DNA from: Lingula anatina
Taxonomy: Eukaryota > Animalia > Brachiopoda
DNA length: 64,000 nt
NCBI GenBank assembly: GCA_051362555.1
Contig: CM120640.1
Location: forward strand, 2,170,001-2,234,000
Direction: 5' to 3'
The first letter of the stretch is position 1, and each line of letters starts with the position of its first letter. The notes beneath the pieces were generated by a model. The model did no database searches and was not told where the DNA came from. It saw only the letters and a list, made by a program, of their open reading frames with translations. Shown here one piece after another: positions 1 through 12,798 of this stretch. The translations under genes and the position numbers were made by a program.

Positions 1-304
1 TTTGGAATAACAATATTCAAGAATGAAAAGAGAATAAATGGTACAAACTTCAATTCACCTGTCAAGAGTAATAATTTTAATCTTGTGTAAGAGTCAAAGG
101 CACCTGTGCTTACTATTTCCTCATTCAGGACAAAATTAATTTTATTTTTCAAAAATTGTATTGAATCTATACCAGGTAAAGATGAAAGGCATGGCAGGTT
201 TATGTGAAAGTATGCACTTATGAGCAAACTCTAATGCTGAATTTTAATGAAATAATCTACTAGTATAAATAAGGTGGTTAAAAATTTGAGAGCAATGGCC
301 GTAC

Positions 305-415
305 CAGTATCTTTCCCTCTTCTCTCTATCTCTTGTGTACAGTGGACAATGACATCTGGGGCTTGTTGATCTGACGGATTAAACTGGTCTGTGAGATCAG
401 CACCAAAGACAAAAT
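305..415 (-). CDS. PIK3R1: p85-like exon: start of RhoGAP (BH) domain
   Basis: ttttcag|(N)FVFGADLTDQFNPSDQQAPDVIVHCTQEIERRGKDT|gtacgg. Confidence 0.9.
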
Positions 416-619
416 CTGAAAACACAGCAAAACAAAGCTATTACACATCTTTTAAGACAGGCAATTTCCACTCACTGGTAGCCAAGCCAAAGGCGACATG
501 CTAATTATTTACATTGTTAAGTACTGCAAGACAGGCTATAATAAATATGAACAGGAAAAAAGTACAAAGAACGGTAAAAGGGTTCAATATCCTCTTTTAC
601 AAACATCCTTTCACAAAGC

Positions 620-650
<31 letters not shown>

Positions 651-3600
651 TAGTAATAAGTTTATTGAGCACTATATGACATGAATACATTTGCAGGCTC
701 ACTAGACTACATTATTTACACATATAATTTATATATGTTTACATACAAACAAACGAACAAACAAATAAATACCATGAGTTGCATCAAATATGCCTCTTAC
801 TTGCTACAAAGCTAATCCTCCTCCTCTTCTCCATGATTTCTGGACTGCAGCAGATCAGGCCTGTCTTGGCACATGTCCTGTGACAGCAGAGGCCACACTC
901 TGGAGAACAAACAACAGGCAACGTCTGCCTTTAGAACTGTTCTGACCACAAGTGTGAAGGTTCTTAGTATCTAATGTCAGTTTGTCAATGAATTTTACCA
1001 CGCAAGTTCTAGAATTTGGTTTATATATATTGTTTACTCACACCAAAGTCAACTGACAGTTCAGTGAAATAGGGTAGTGTTAGAGATCGCTTAGACAGCA
1101 AAAAATGTTAAAATGTAACATTTAAAAGCAGAATATCATTATTATTAAATAACCCCCTCCCCCCCCCAACAAAAAATAAACAAACAAACAAACAAACAAA
1201 CAAACAAACAAACAAACAAACAAATAAATAAATAAATAAGGACTGATAAAAGCCAGGTGTAAGCCCTGGGTGGTGGCTGTGGCCTACCTCGACACTGCAG
1301 TCCCTGATGCATGAGACCGTGAAGGAACTTGTTACAGATATGACAGCGTTGGAGAGACGAGAAGCTGTATTCCACCACTTTATGGTCAGTGTCTACACAG
1401 TTCACTGGAAGGACAAGAGAAAAAGTTACATGTCAGTGTAACAAACAAACAAACAAATCAATCTATTAACAAATAAAATCTAAAGATATATCAGGCATGA
1501 GACCAGTCCTCACCAAAAAAATAGGATTTACATGATTCACCCTGAAAAAATTGGAATTCTGATAAAAGTCGGAGAAAGTCCCATCAGCGTATATATAAAA
1601 CATTCAACAGAACCTTGTGTGGACTTACCTGCCACATCCAGTGGTTCATTAGAGGGAGGTAAGGCAGACCCATGTGGTTGCTGGAATGATAACACAACTA
1701 CACTTATAATGTATACACACTCAATGTTTATACAGTTTTTATTCTCTTGAGGTGAAATCACCCAAGATCTTCATTTCATATTCTGTTGCACACATATATA
1801 TACGGGGAATCTAATGCCAATTAATTAAAGAAATAGTTAATTAAGACTGCTAACATGAGTGTTGGAATATTTACCTGCTCTGACTCCCTGCCGCAAAGAT
1901 CATCAATACACACAAGGATGGCTTTTCTGTGAAAATCATCTAGAATTCCCATAACCTAGGAGACAGTGAAAATGAAAAATCTCTAAATCACTTGCCACAA
2001 CACGCGACTTGGGCCTGAAGACACCCAATAACACAGAGACAATACCAACTACAGAAAGATGAACTGACAATAGATCCAGACAAGTGCCCGAGTCTGACAA
2101 GTTTGACTCCAATGACAGAAATTTGATTCTACTCAGTGAGTAATATCTGGATTTACTGCGTATAGGACTTCAAGACATCCCTCCACTAACAAACGCCCAC
2201 TCTTCACAGCTTTATAGCATCCTCTCCCAGCGTAGCAGACATTCACTGTATGGGGCTAACATCTTGTTAATCAACAGGTTCCTCTTATTGAAAACTTAAC
2301 AGTCAGCTGTCAATCATCCCACTGCTCAACCAATCAGAGCAAAGCACGAGGTACCCCAGTTAAATTAGACAAAACAATAACTTTAACCTCATCAAGTCCT
2401 TGAGCTGTATCTATTCTCTCTTTATCTCACAACCTGAGGACATTAAAATTAAATTCTAATGAGAAGCCAACATGGGCCCTTTCCTTTTTGAGTTGTTTTT
2501 AAAATAAATTTGGTTACAGTCATGGTAAATATCTTTTTATAATCAATACATGCTTAAGTTAAAAGAATCCTAACAGTATCTGTTAAGTAAGTGTCACTCT
2601 AATCCAGGTTAATTTGACACTAAACCCATTCATGAAAACAGTACAAATAGGAATACATAGAAGTATGTGAAAACTTCCTCTGTGGAAATTGAAAATCATG
2701 TCCACAAAATTCTCTATATTATATATACAATAGCCTTTAAACTGCAAACAACTTAAAAAAAAGAAATAAAAGCTAACTGCAGCTAAACTGAAAAAAAAAA
2801 AAAAAAAAAAGGTTGCCTACATTTTTCAAAATTTCATTTTCTCTTTTTCAATCTCTTCACCCAATCGCCCAACCTATCTCTCCCTAATCCATATTTTTAA
2901 CTTATGGTGCGGTTGTTTGTCTGGTTTCACTTGATATCTAACTGGAAACTCTAATCAGTAACACTAAACCTAATCAGCTTGTAATCCAGCACTGGGCTTC
3001 CTTCTTCTAATGAGCACACAATACTGCAGCACTAGAGGATGAAGCCAGGTTCCAGAAAACGAGCTCTTATAATTTAGGAGGAGAAAGAAACTGATTAAAA
3101 CAATACAATCCAAATCTGGCCTTGACATTCCATTCCCAAGAATCCAACAGGTTTCTCTGTGATTAAATCACGTTTTTCTTCACTATCTGCATTAACACAA
3201 TTTATCAAGGTCAAAAACAAACCAATGTCAATAACTAAAAATACATCATTAACTTCCTAACACCCAAAATAATACACAATTTTATCAGTTAGTTTTGAAA
3301 TATGTGATTTCATAAAATTACTCCTTTTATAGCGTTTTTATAGTGCAGAAAAGTTCATATGACAAAGTTGATAAATGAACCCTTCAGTAAAGTTAAATAT
3401 GAAACAAGGCAGCAAAGCTGTCAAATGTACAGACAAAAAGCAGGAAATAACAAAATAGGCTACTGTCAATTCCGATGTAAAAGTACATTATGTTAAACTG
3501 CAAATTCAACATCAAATTTTAATTATGCTCAACAGGTAATAACAATGTAAGTAAAATGTGTAACAAGCATAAGGCTTCAGGCCCATGGGAGTTCAAGTTC

Positions 3601-6600
3601 ACACTTTGAAAATGTAAAAATTCCAGAAAAAGAAGTCAATTAGACTGCTTTTCCAACTCGAGCTGCATTTTAGTCCTGTGTTTCTTTTTTAAAAGTTTGA
3701 CAATCATAAGTAATATGGTTTTCCCCATGATGGTCATCATGGCAGCAATACCCAAAATTGTGTTTTCTTCTATTTTGATGCAATATTTCATAATGCTTAA
3801 CAGCATAAAGACCATCAGTTTTTAATAATAAAATATACGTATCATGGATTTTCAGAAAATGTGACTAGCATGGGTCTTTAAGCCCAAGGTGGTTCTAAGT
3901 CACACATTGAAATTGCCAATATGTGAAAAATTAAATTTTCACAAAAAACTGATTAACTGCCAGAAAAATTTACCAAATAGACTGCACTGCCTAATGAAAC
4001 TGTATTTTAGTCCCATGTTTCTTTCCTGTAAGTTTGAGAACAGTAAGTGACATGGTTTTCCTTAAATGGTCATCAAGGGAGCAGTGTCCAAAATAGGGTT
4101 TTTTTTCAAATTTTGATGCAATATTACATAATGTTTAACAGGATAATAACCATCAATTCTTAATAATAAAATATTAGTATCATGGATATTCAGAAAATCT
4201 GACTAGCAAAGGTCTTCAGGCCCATGGAACTTCAAAGTCACACCTTGAAAATGCCAAAATGTAGACAAGACAGTACTGTCCTGAAATGCATTTTTTTCCA
4301 TTTTTAACAATTTTTTAACATATAACAAAATTAACACTTAACTGCCATTTTTATATGATCAACTAAGAAAATTGATGAGATGGGGAAAATATCAATAGAA
4401 CAGTGTTTAATGTCCAATTTCCTCCATTCTGAGATTCTGAACATAGTGAATGAATGAATGAATCTCACAAACTGCAATGATAAGAGTTTATTTCCATTTT
4501 TGAAACTCTATTATACAATACATGATAACAAGCTTACCATCATTTTTACATAATCAACTAACAATGTTGTAAAGATGCAGGAAATGTTAAACAAAGACTT
4601 TTACGTATCTTATTAGTTAAATAATGAGACTGTTAACATGCCTAAGAATTGAATCTGAGGAAATGTGAAACAAGACAGTGCTGTTATGAAATGCGTTTAT
4701 TTCCATTTTTAACACTTTTTTAACATAAAACAAAATTAACAGTTTACTGCCATTTTTATATGATCAACTAAGAAAGTTGATGAGATGTGAAAAATATCAA
4801 TAGAACAGTGTCAAATGTCCAATTTCCTCCTTTCTGAGTTTCTGAACATAATGAATGATTGAATCTTACAAACTGCAATGATATGAGTTTATTTCCATTT
4901 TTGACACTTTATTATACAATACACGATAACAAGTTTACCATCATTTTTACATAATCAACTAACAATGTTGTAAAGATGCAGGAAATGTCAAACAAACACT
5001 TTTATGTATCTTATTAATTAAATAATGAGACTGTTAACATGCCTAAGAATTGAATCTGAAGAAATGTGAAAAAACAGCATAACTACTAAAATGGTGGCCC
5101 GATCATGCCGATTTTCGAACTTGACCTGCATTTTAGTAAGATTGATTACTCCTGTGAGTTTCATGACAACAGGCCTATCGGTTTTCTTTGAAATGTGTTC
5201 ACAGTGTTGCATATATGCTGAAAAGTGAAAAAACAGCATAAATTCTACAATAATGGCCCGATCATGCTGATTTTCGAACTTGACCTGCGTTTTATGAATA
5301 TTCATCAGCTCTGTAAATATAAAGCCAAAAAGTAAAACTGTCTTCCACTTATGGTGTTAACGCTGAAAGTGCACGGCGACGGCGACGGCGACATCGACGG
5401 CGACATGAACGGCGACGGCGACGGCGACGACAGACGCAGGTGATGGCAATATGTACAGACACATCTGTGTCTGTACATAAAAATATATTTGAATTTTTGA
5501 CTTTTTATCTAAAAGAAGCATAAGATTAAAAAAAAGATATATTATTTACCTCTAGTTTACTTTCATCCAGCGTCATTAAATCCTTTCCTTTGATATTGTT
5601 CCGTTTGAAGAGTTCCACATATCTATACAGGTTCAGGGCTGCCATCCACTCTAATACTTGGGACAGAGTCCACGTGTGGACGGGCTGGAGAATAGACAAA
5701 CATAATATAACATATCTATACAGGTTCAGGGCTGTCATCCACTCTTATACCTGGGCTGGAGATTAGACATTAAAACACACACAGTAAATAACCCAACCAA
5801 ATATTACACTGGCAAGATTTAAATACTACTGAGAACTACAATTTGAATCATGAGTGTGTGTGCGTGCGCACGTGTGTGCGTGTCTTCCAGACATTTCAGT
5901 ATAGTCAGGGGCAACAGAGGCCTTTTTCTGGGTCTTCGAGAAGACGGTCAGAATTTTTCAAGTTTACATGGACAGGCATCTATTTTTTCTATTAGAAGAC
6001 ATTCAAAAATGGAGGATGGATTAATAAAGTTAATTTGAAAGGTCGTCAAAAAAAATCTCAGGAGCCGCCCCTGATAGGCAAGTAATCAAGGGAAAAGGAA
6101 ACTGATTACAATGGACTAAAAAAGTCTAGCAGATTGCACCAATTTTCTGGTAACATTATTTCAACTGGGTGTCTTCATTCACTAATCAGGTGCAATGCCA
6201 CATTGATTGGCGTTATTTAACACTATTGTGACGTGTGTTGAAACTAATACTTGACAATGTTCTTGGAATAGCATGACAGAGCCTGTGTCACCAAACTCAC
6301 ATATGACGGCAAGGAATGTGGGCGTTCAAGGAATTGAGACAATCAAGCTTATCTATCAGGTGGTAATGATCTTTTCAATAGGGAAAATTGTGAATTTTAC
6401 AGAAACTGCATTTTTAAAGTTATAATTCCTGAAATTAAAACATTCCTAATGAGTGGTATCAACAAACCTGATAAACTGGCTACCCTGTATACAGTAAAAC
6501 AAATGAAACATACAAATATCTATCCATAATGATTCCAAAATAATGAATCTCAGAGATTGATAATTTTCCCATTTGAAAAGACCGAATCATAAAAACATGG

Positions 6601-9600
6601 TTACCTCTGCTTGATACAGTAATAATGCACCTTAAGCTCTTCTTTAAAACCCCATAACAATATCTAACCAGTCATGGACTTGTGGCCTAGCACACAACTT
6701 CAGCTCTGCTTTCAAACCCCACATTAATATCTACCCAGTCATGGGGCTCTGTCCTAGCATACATCTTCTTACAATTCCAACAGCAATATTTTCCCAGTCA
6801 TGGCAAGCAATTCCTGGTAAAAGAAACCTACTAGTCCACCTACGTTATAACTATGTCCTGGACAAGCTGGTGGCCTTCAACAACACTGAGTCACTTAAAT
6901 GGTCACTGGTCAAGAAGTGGACAACAGCCATTTAAAAAGTTCACAATCTGTGGCAGGGCAGCAGCAGCAGCAGCTCTCACCTATGACTAATCCTACTTTC
7001 TTCAATTCACTAAGCATCTTCTGCAAGCCTGTGGCCAGCAGCCTCAAAGGTCTGGGTTTCTTTTTTCAGAATGAAGTGGACCTTTTTTACTCGTTTGGTT
7101 GATCTAACTTATGAAATGGAACCTAATTCAAATTTTGATTCAGAGCAGGTATTTTTCTGGCCTGAAGGGTGGTTCATTCTAACCCATTCACCCCTCCCTG
7201 CCCAAGGACCTGTTCTGATACTGATGAAGGCAGTGGTCACTTGATATCAAATGTATGACAATGGCTCCATCTCTTCAATGTGGTAAATTGTGAATTTTAC
7301 AGATATTGTATTTTTGAATTCAGAAATTCTTGAAATAAAAACATTCTAATTACTGAAAATCAGCTAGGCCACCTTGAATTTCTTTCATATACAGCAAAAG
7401 CACTACAAATGCAACGCAAAAATACATTTTAAATGATTACAAAATTATGTATCTGAAAGATTGATAATTTCCACATTGAAAAGATCGATTCATTCCCATA
7501 CATTATGATTTTTCAAAGTGATCAGTGTATTGTTTTTCTCTCCATGCAATCCAGAGTTGAAGTTCTGGCCAGTGTGTTGCCACCTCCACACTTCCTCGAA
7601 AGAACCACAAAACTTACAGGCTTCAATAAACTACTTGGAAGATGGCCAAGTAATATTAATAGTGAGTTCTTAGAATAATATCACAACCCAGGAAAGCCTA
7701 CCAAACAGCCAGTGAATAGGCAATCGCCTTTGCCTATAAGTGGCAAAATTGATGCAATTTTTTTTTGAAAAATGATCAATGTACAAGTCATGAAGTTGAT
7801 TGCCTCAGATTTTCACCTTGGAAGACAGGACGCAAAAACAATGAATGTCCGCATGCTCAAAGTTCATCACTGTTATCATCTTCAATAGTTGATGAACTGC
7901 CATGATATTTCAGGACCATGCTATTCTGTTATTGTTATTGAACTCAATAGAAATTATGTAATCAAACACATTTACCAACAACTTCTGGATGAAATTATCA
8001 GGACAAACAGCAAGAGTGAACCAAGTATAATCTGTCCGATGTCAATAAGAAGTTTATTGAGCAGGGCATTAAAAAACTAAGCTGTACTGATTTGAAAATA
8101 GAAAATTGACAAAACTTCAGCATTTTTCATTCGGTGGTTTTCATTGAAAAAGGCAAAAATGCAGTTAGCCAGGTTAAATTGAGCATGGAGAATCAATCAC
8201 TACATTGTACAAAAATTGAATGATTTTCCTGTTCATTGTTCGAAGTTTTTCAAAGTAAGAATGATAAAGATCTATAAAAAACTCACCACTTCCTCTGTGT
8301 ATGTGTTATTATCTGCTACTGTAGCCGAGGTTCCTCTGCATGCGTCTGAACTGTTACGACAACACTGGTGGTAGCAATGTTTACACACTGAAAGTAAGTA
8401 CAAAAATTATTGATACCATAGCAACACAGAAAAAACTTCATATCAGAAAAATTGCTACGGTTCTTATGTACAATCCCTTAAGCGCTGTTATAACTAACTT
8501 TTTCAATCTGAACAGTAAACTAATTGATATTAGGATATTACCATAGATACACAAAATGGTTGTGATAATACTTCTGCATTAAGTGGTATTAACTCTACCA
8601 ATAATGAGTTGATCTTGCTTCCATTATATGGTAAGAGCAATCTGATCAGAATAACAGCTTTTCTACAAGACCACAGTGTTTGCCACTAGACTGCAAAATT
8701 GCAGCAAAAAATATCGTAAACAGTTAGACCTTCAGATTGTACACACATTTAAATTATGAAATGTCAACCTGAGTTGCTGTTTTGCAACTCTGAAACTTCG
8801 AAGCTAAATTTCCCCTTTAGGACACCCCATAGGGATGGTATTACTACAAGTTACTGTTACATTTCCGTCAACATCTTGTATTGTTAATTTCCACAAATAT
8901 ACCTAATGAAGAGTGGGAGTAGTGACACCTGAAATGTGATGTGAAACTACACCAACGTTACACCTCTTTTCTTAGCTAGCACTCCTGATGTGGAGGAAAC
9001 AATGTTTCTATAATAAGATTTCCGACAAAATACATCAATGAAATAGCAGCTAATTTCGATATATGAATTTTGGGTGTAGGGGAAAATAACAGGAAGAAAC
9101 AGCTCAGTAGCCTTATGACTGGAGGACTGGGGGGCTTGTAGTCAGAAAATTACCAATGAAAAATCAGCTCTTGGAGTTAAATATTAATTACAATAATAAA
9201 ATACATATCTGCATCAAATCCTAGGAGACAGAAAAGGTACCTGTTAGTCCAACTGGTCACTCCGCATTTGTAAAACAAACTTTTCCTTTTTTTATACAAT
9301 GAAACATCAACCTGTGTTGAATATTGTTATCAAAAAAGCCAACTCACTTTTTGAACTATTTCTTCTACCTCTTCCGAATTTTTCTGTCTTCAGCACAACC
9401 TGTGCTCTCACTTTTGTGTCTTTTCCCAAAATGAGCCCACCACTCGACACCAATTGTACTTATTGTAGATGACATAAGCACAGCTGTGCACTGTACCCCA
9501 TGGGTAGAAAGCACAGATTGACCCAGCAAAAATCAATGAGTTTGATCAATTACTGGAACTTTTTTCATGCCTTAAGTCACACGTTACGAAGGATGACGAG

Positions 9601-10479
9601 ACAGGAGGGGCAACGTTATGGCTCAATTCCCGCCATTACCACATCTAATATAACAGAGTGGACATGACGTCAATACTTCACTGACATTTTTCCCATGAAA
9701 ATATTGCATGCTTGCATACGCATGTGAGCAAATTTCATCTGTAAATTTATAATACTTCACATTGCTCAAGTTAACCTAAACCACCTGTAATTTCACCCAA
9801 TATTTCCAGCCTGATAATGGCCTTATCCACAGCATTAGGCTGATACACTGATAGCAAGACTAGAGGAATATCTCAAAATGATGGAACAGTAGTGATTTAC
9901 CACGTATTCCAAAATCAATATTTTGTTTACAACACCAGTAGAAAGGTTATCTTAAACAAAGGAAAAGTGAGTTGGCTTCATGTGAGAGTGTTAATCTAAA
10001 AAATCTTGGCCAAAAAATCAACAGAGGAAAAAGTGAGGCCTTTGAAATTAAGTAGCTGTTACCGTAGCAATGTCCAGGCCCAAGGTGCGTGTGTCTGAGA
10101 GCACCTGTTGTCTGTTATCTCCACTGTAACACTGCCACTGATTCACAGACGGACGTAGCTCACTGTAAGGTGATATTGATTTCAAGTATTTATGTACTCA
10201 CTGATGCTGCAACATAATCTGACCACACTCTGAGAAAACCAAACCCATGTCCTCAAATTATCAGGTACTTCTACCAGCACCTAAGCCACAGATGGCAGGA
10301 TGTCCAGGAGCCTAGGGGTGCTGTGTTTGAACTTTATAACAGGACACGAAATGAACTAAATAACAAGATTAATAACCAATTCAAAAAAAAAAAAAAAAAG
10401 TTATTTTTTGAATAACTGAGATTTAAAAACATCTCGACATGTTCAGCAAGACTGAATAAGACATGATCCTTGTAAATGA

Positions 10480-10513
<34 letters not shown>

Positions 10514-12726
10514 GGAACCCCACAGATAGTACATTAGTTTGAAGAGTAAATCCAAGGTTGGGCTGGTAATATATGATAGCAACAACACACACATGTTAAA
10601 AAGACACTTAACAAAAACAGGCAGCATAGTTTCAACTGAATGAAAAGTTCTATGAACTCTATCAGATAAGCTTCACATTATAGTCTGATATGATAGACAA
10701 CGCTAAGTGTGGAGCATCTAACACATTCTTCCCCATTCTCACCTAACACAACACAGCCATTACCTGCTTTCAGCATGGGTCTTTGTATCAAGAGGCAAAG
10801 TGCTTCTGGTAACTGTTCATTTTCAGCCAAATAGGAAGCCACTTTGCCCCCTCATACATGGACCGTCACGGTTCACTGACGTGCTATTTGTACACCAAGC
10901 ACAGTTACTGAAATGGTTTCATATATCAAAGACTCCAGTGAAGAGGCAATGAACCACAGATTTTATTAACTCACAGATGTGAATGTGATGATTCAATGGG
11001 TCTGTTAAGTGCTCTCCAGCTCCTGTTTCTCAATCACTGGTTTTAAAGTTAACAAAATATCTATATAACAATTAGCCACAAACACAGACTACACCTACAG
11101 AAGGTACAGGAGTAAGTCATCTATCTATATAGCTATCGCCTGTCTCTCACTGTAATATCTATCTCCAGGCACAGGTATCAAATACAGTTGGGTCTAAAAG
11201 GCTGTTGTGACAAACAGGATACTTGATAGCTCTACTGTCAGAAATGTTCAATTTTTAAAATAGCATTTCCAAACAAACCATAGAGAATGTACCAAGGGGT
11301 CACGCTGTACAAGTGACACTGTACCTTACAGGTTACCCAGGTGAATATCAATACTAATCCATATTTCTGTACTGAGACCTGGTGCTGGTTGCCATGTGGT
11401 GTGGCGTGGCCAGACGGGTTAATTAAGTTCAGTAACTGTCCTGGAGGGGGGTAAGAGCGCCCACACAGACAGAATCAATGTCAGTTCAATACCTGGGAGA
11501 GTGCAGGGGGTGCACAATACCATGGGAGGAGGGGGGGGGGCACCCATATCAGAAAGCTGGCAAAAAACTTGGAATAAAAAATGCTCCATTTTTAGAAAAA
11601 AAAAAAAAAAACAAAAACAAATGAAGACTGACTAGTGCTTGTTCTTAATAATGAAGGTGGGTCCATTTTCAGAAGAAATTAGGCAAAAAATTCATTAAAA
11701 TGTAACTTCTGACACAAAAGGAGAGATAAAAAATTCTCAAATTGTCAAACTAAACAAAATGATAAGACTTCAATCAGTGGTGACTGGGCAGAAGTCAAGA
11801 GATATGTAAACAAGTGTCATTGTGTTACCTGCCCCCTCACCTAGACCTCCTCTAAGACAGGTGAAAGAGGTCCTGCCTTCTAAATCAATAATTTATGGAC
11901 GTCACCTCAGTCTACCTCACTCAGGTGTAATACAGGTGTAATACCTGAGTTCTGATAATGTGATATCCTGTGACCCCAACCAAGCTGGTACCCAGGCTAC
12001 TACAGGGATACAATTCAGTTCATCATTCTTACAAAATTTACTGCCACATGAAATTTTTTTTCAGAACCAACCACTTTCTTTTATACCTCTTTATGTGTGT
12101 ATTCTTTTTAGTCCTTTTCCTTTCCTTATTTTAATATTTTTTTACAAATCTACTGCTGTATATTTGGCATATCTTCAAAGAAAAAAACCCATGTGTGATT
12201 TAATGCATGGTTACCACATAGGTCACATACTTCCATCTACCCTGGTAATGTTATAAGCTATATTCCACATCTATGGAATGAGGAAAATTCTTAGAGCTTC
12301 TTTGATGCACAATCTTAACAAAACACTTTCTTCTCACAAAATTCTCTGAAAATTTAGCGGGAAGGCAATTCTGCAACGCTGTCATATTTTTCACTTTCAA
12401 AAGTCCGTCACCTAATACGGCCATGTCGGATAAACGCATTTTATAAAATGAATTAAATTTTGAGTGAGGAAAATTTTCAAGATTTTTCCATAGTCACAAG
12501 TGACAGTGGTTATCAACCAATAACAAATAACAAATATTTCTCTCTACCACAAATCCTCTCTCTCTCTTTTCCTATCATGCACACGTCCCTACACAGACAC
12601 ACAAGCAAACACAATCACACATACACAAATGTTCAAACACACACATACATGTATAAACATACACACACATAGCCCTACACATATGTACATATACACATAC
12701 ACGGACACACTTATACATGCATGCAT

Positions 12727-12798
<72 letters not shown>

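Noticed and set aside
5018-5305. 95-aa ORF with an internal repeat (QVKFEN.HDRA)
   Set aside because: It lies in the roughly 158-bp tandem units of the Helentron-like element; the protein repeat mirrors the DNA repeat.
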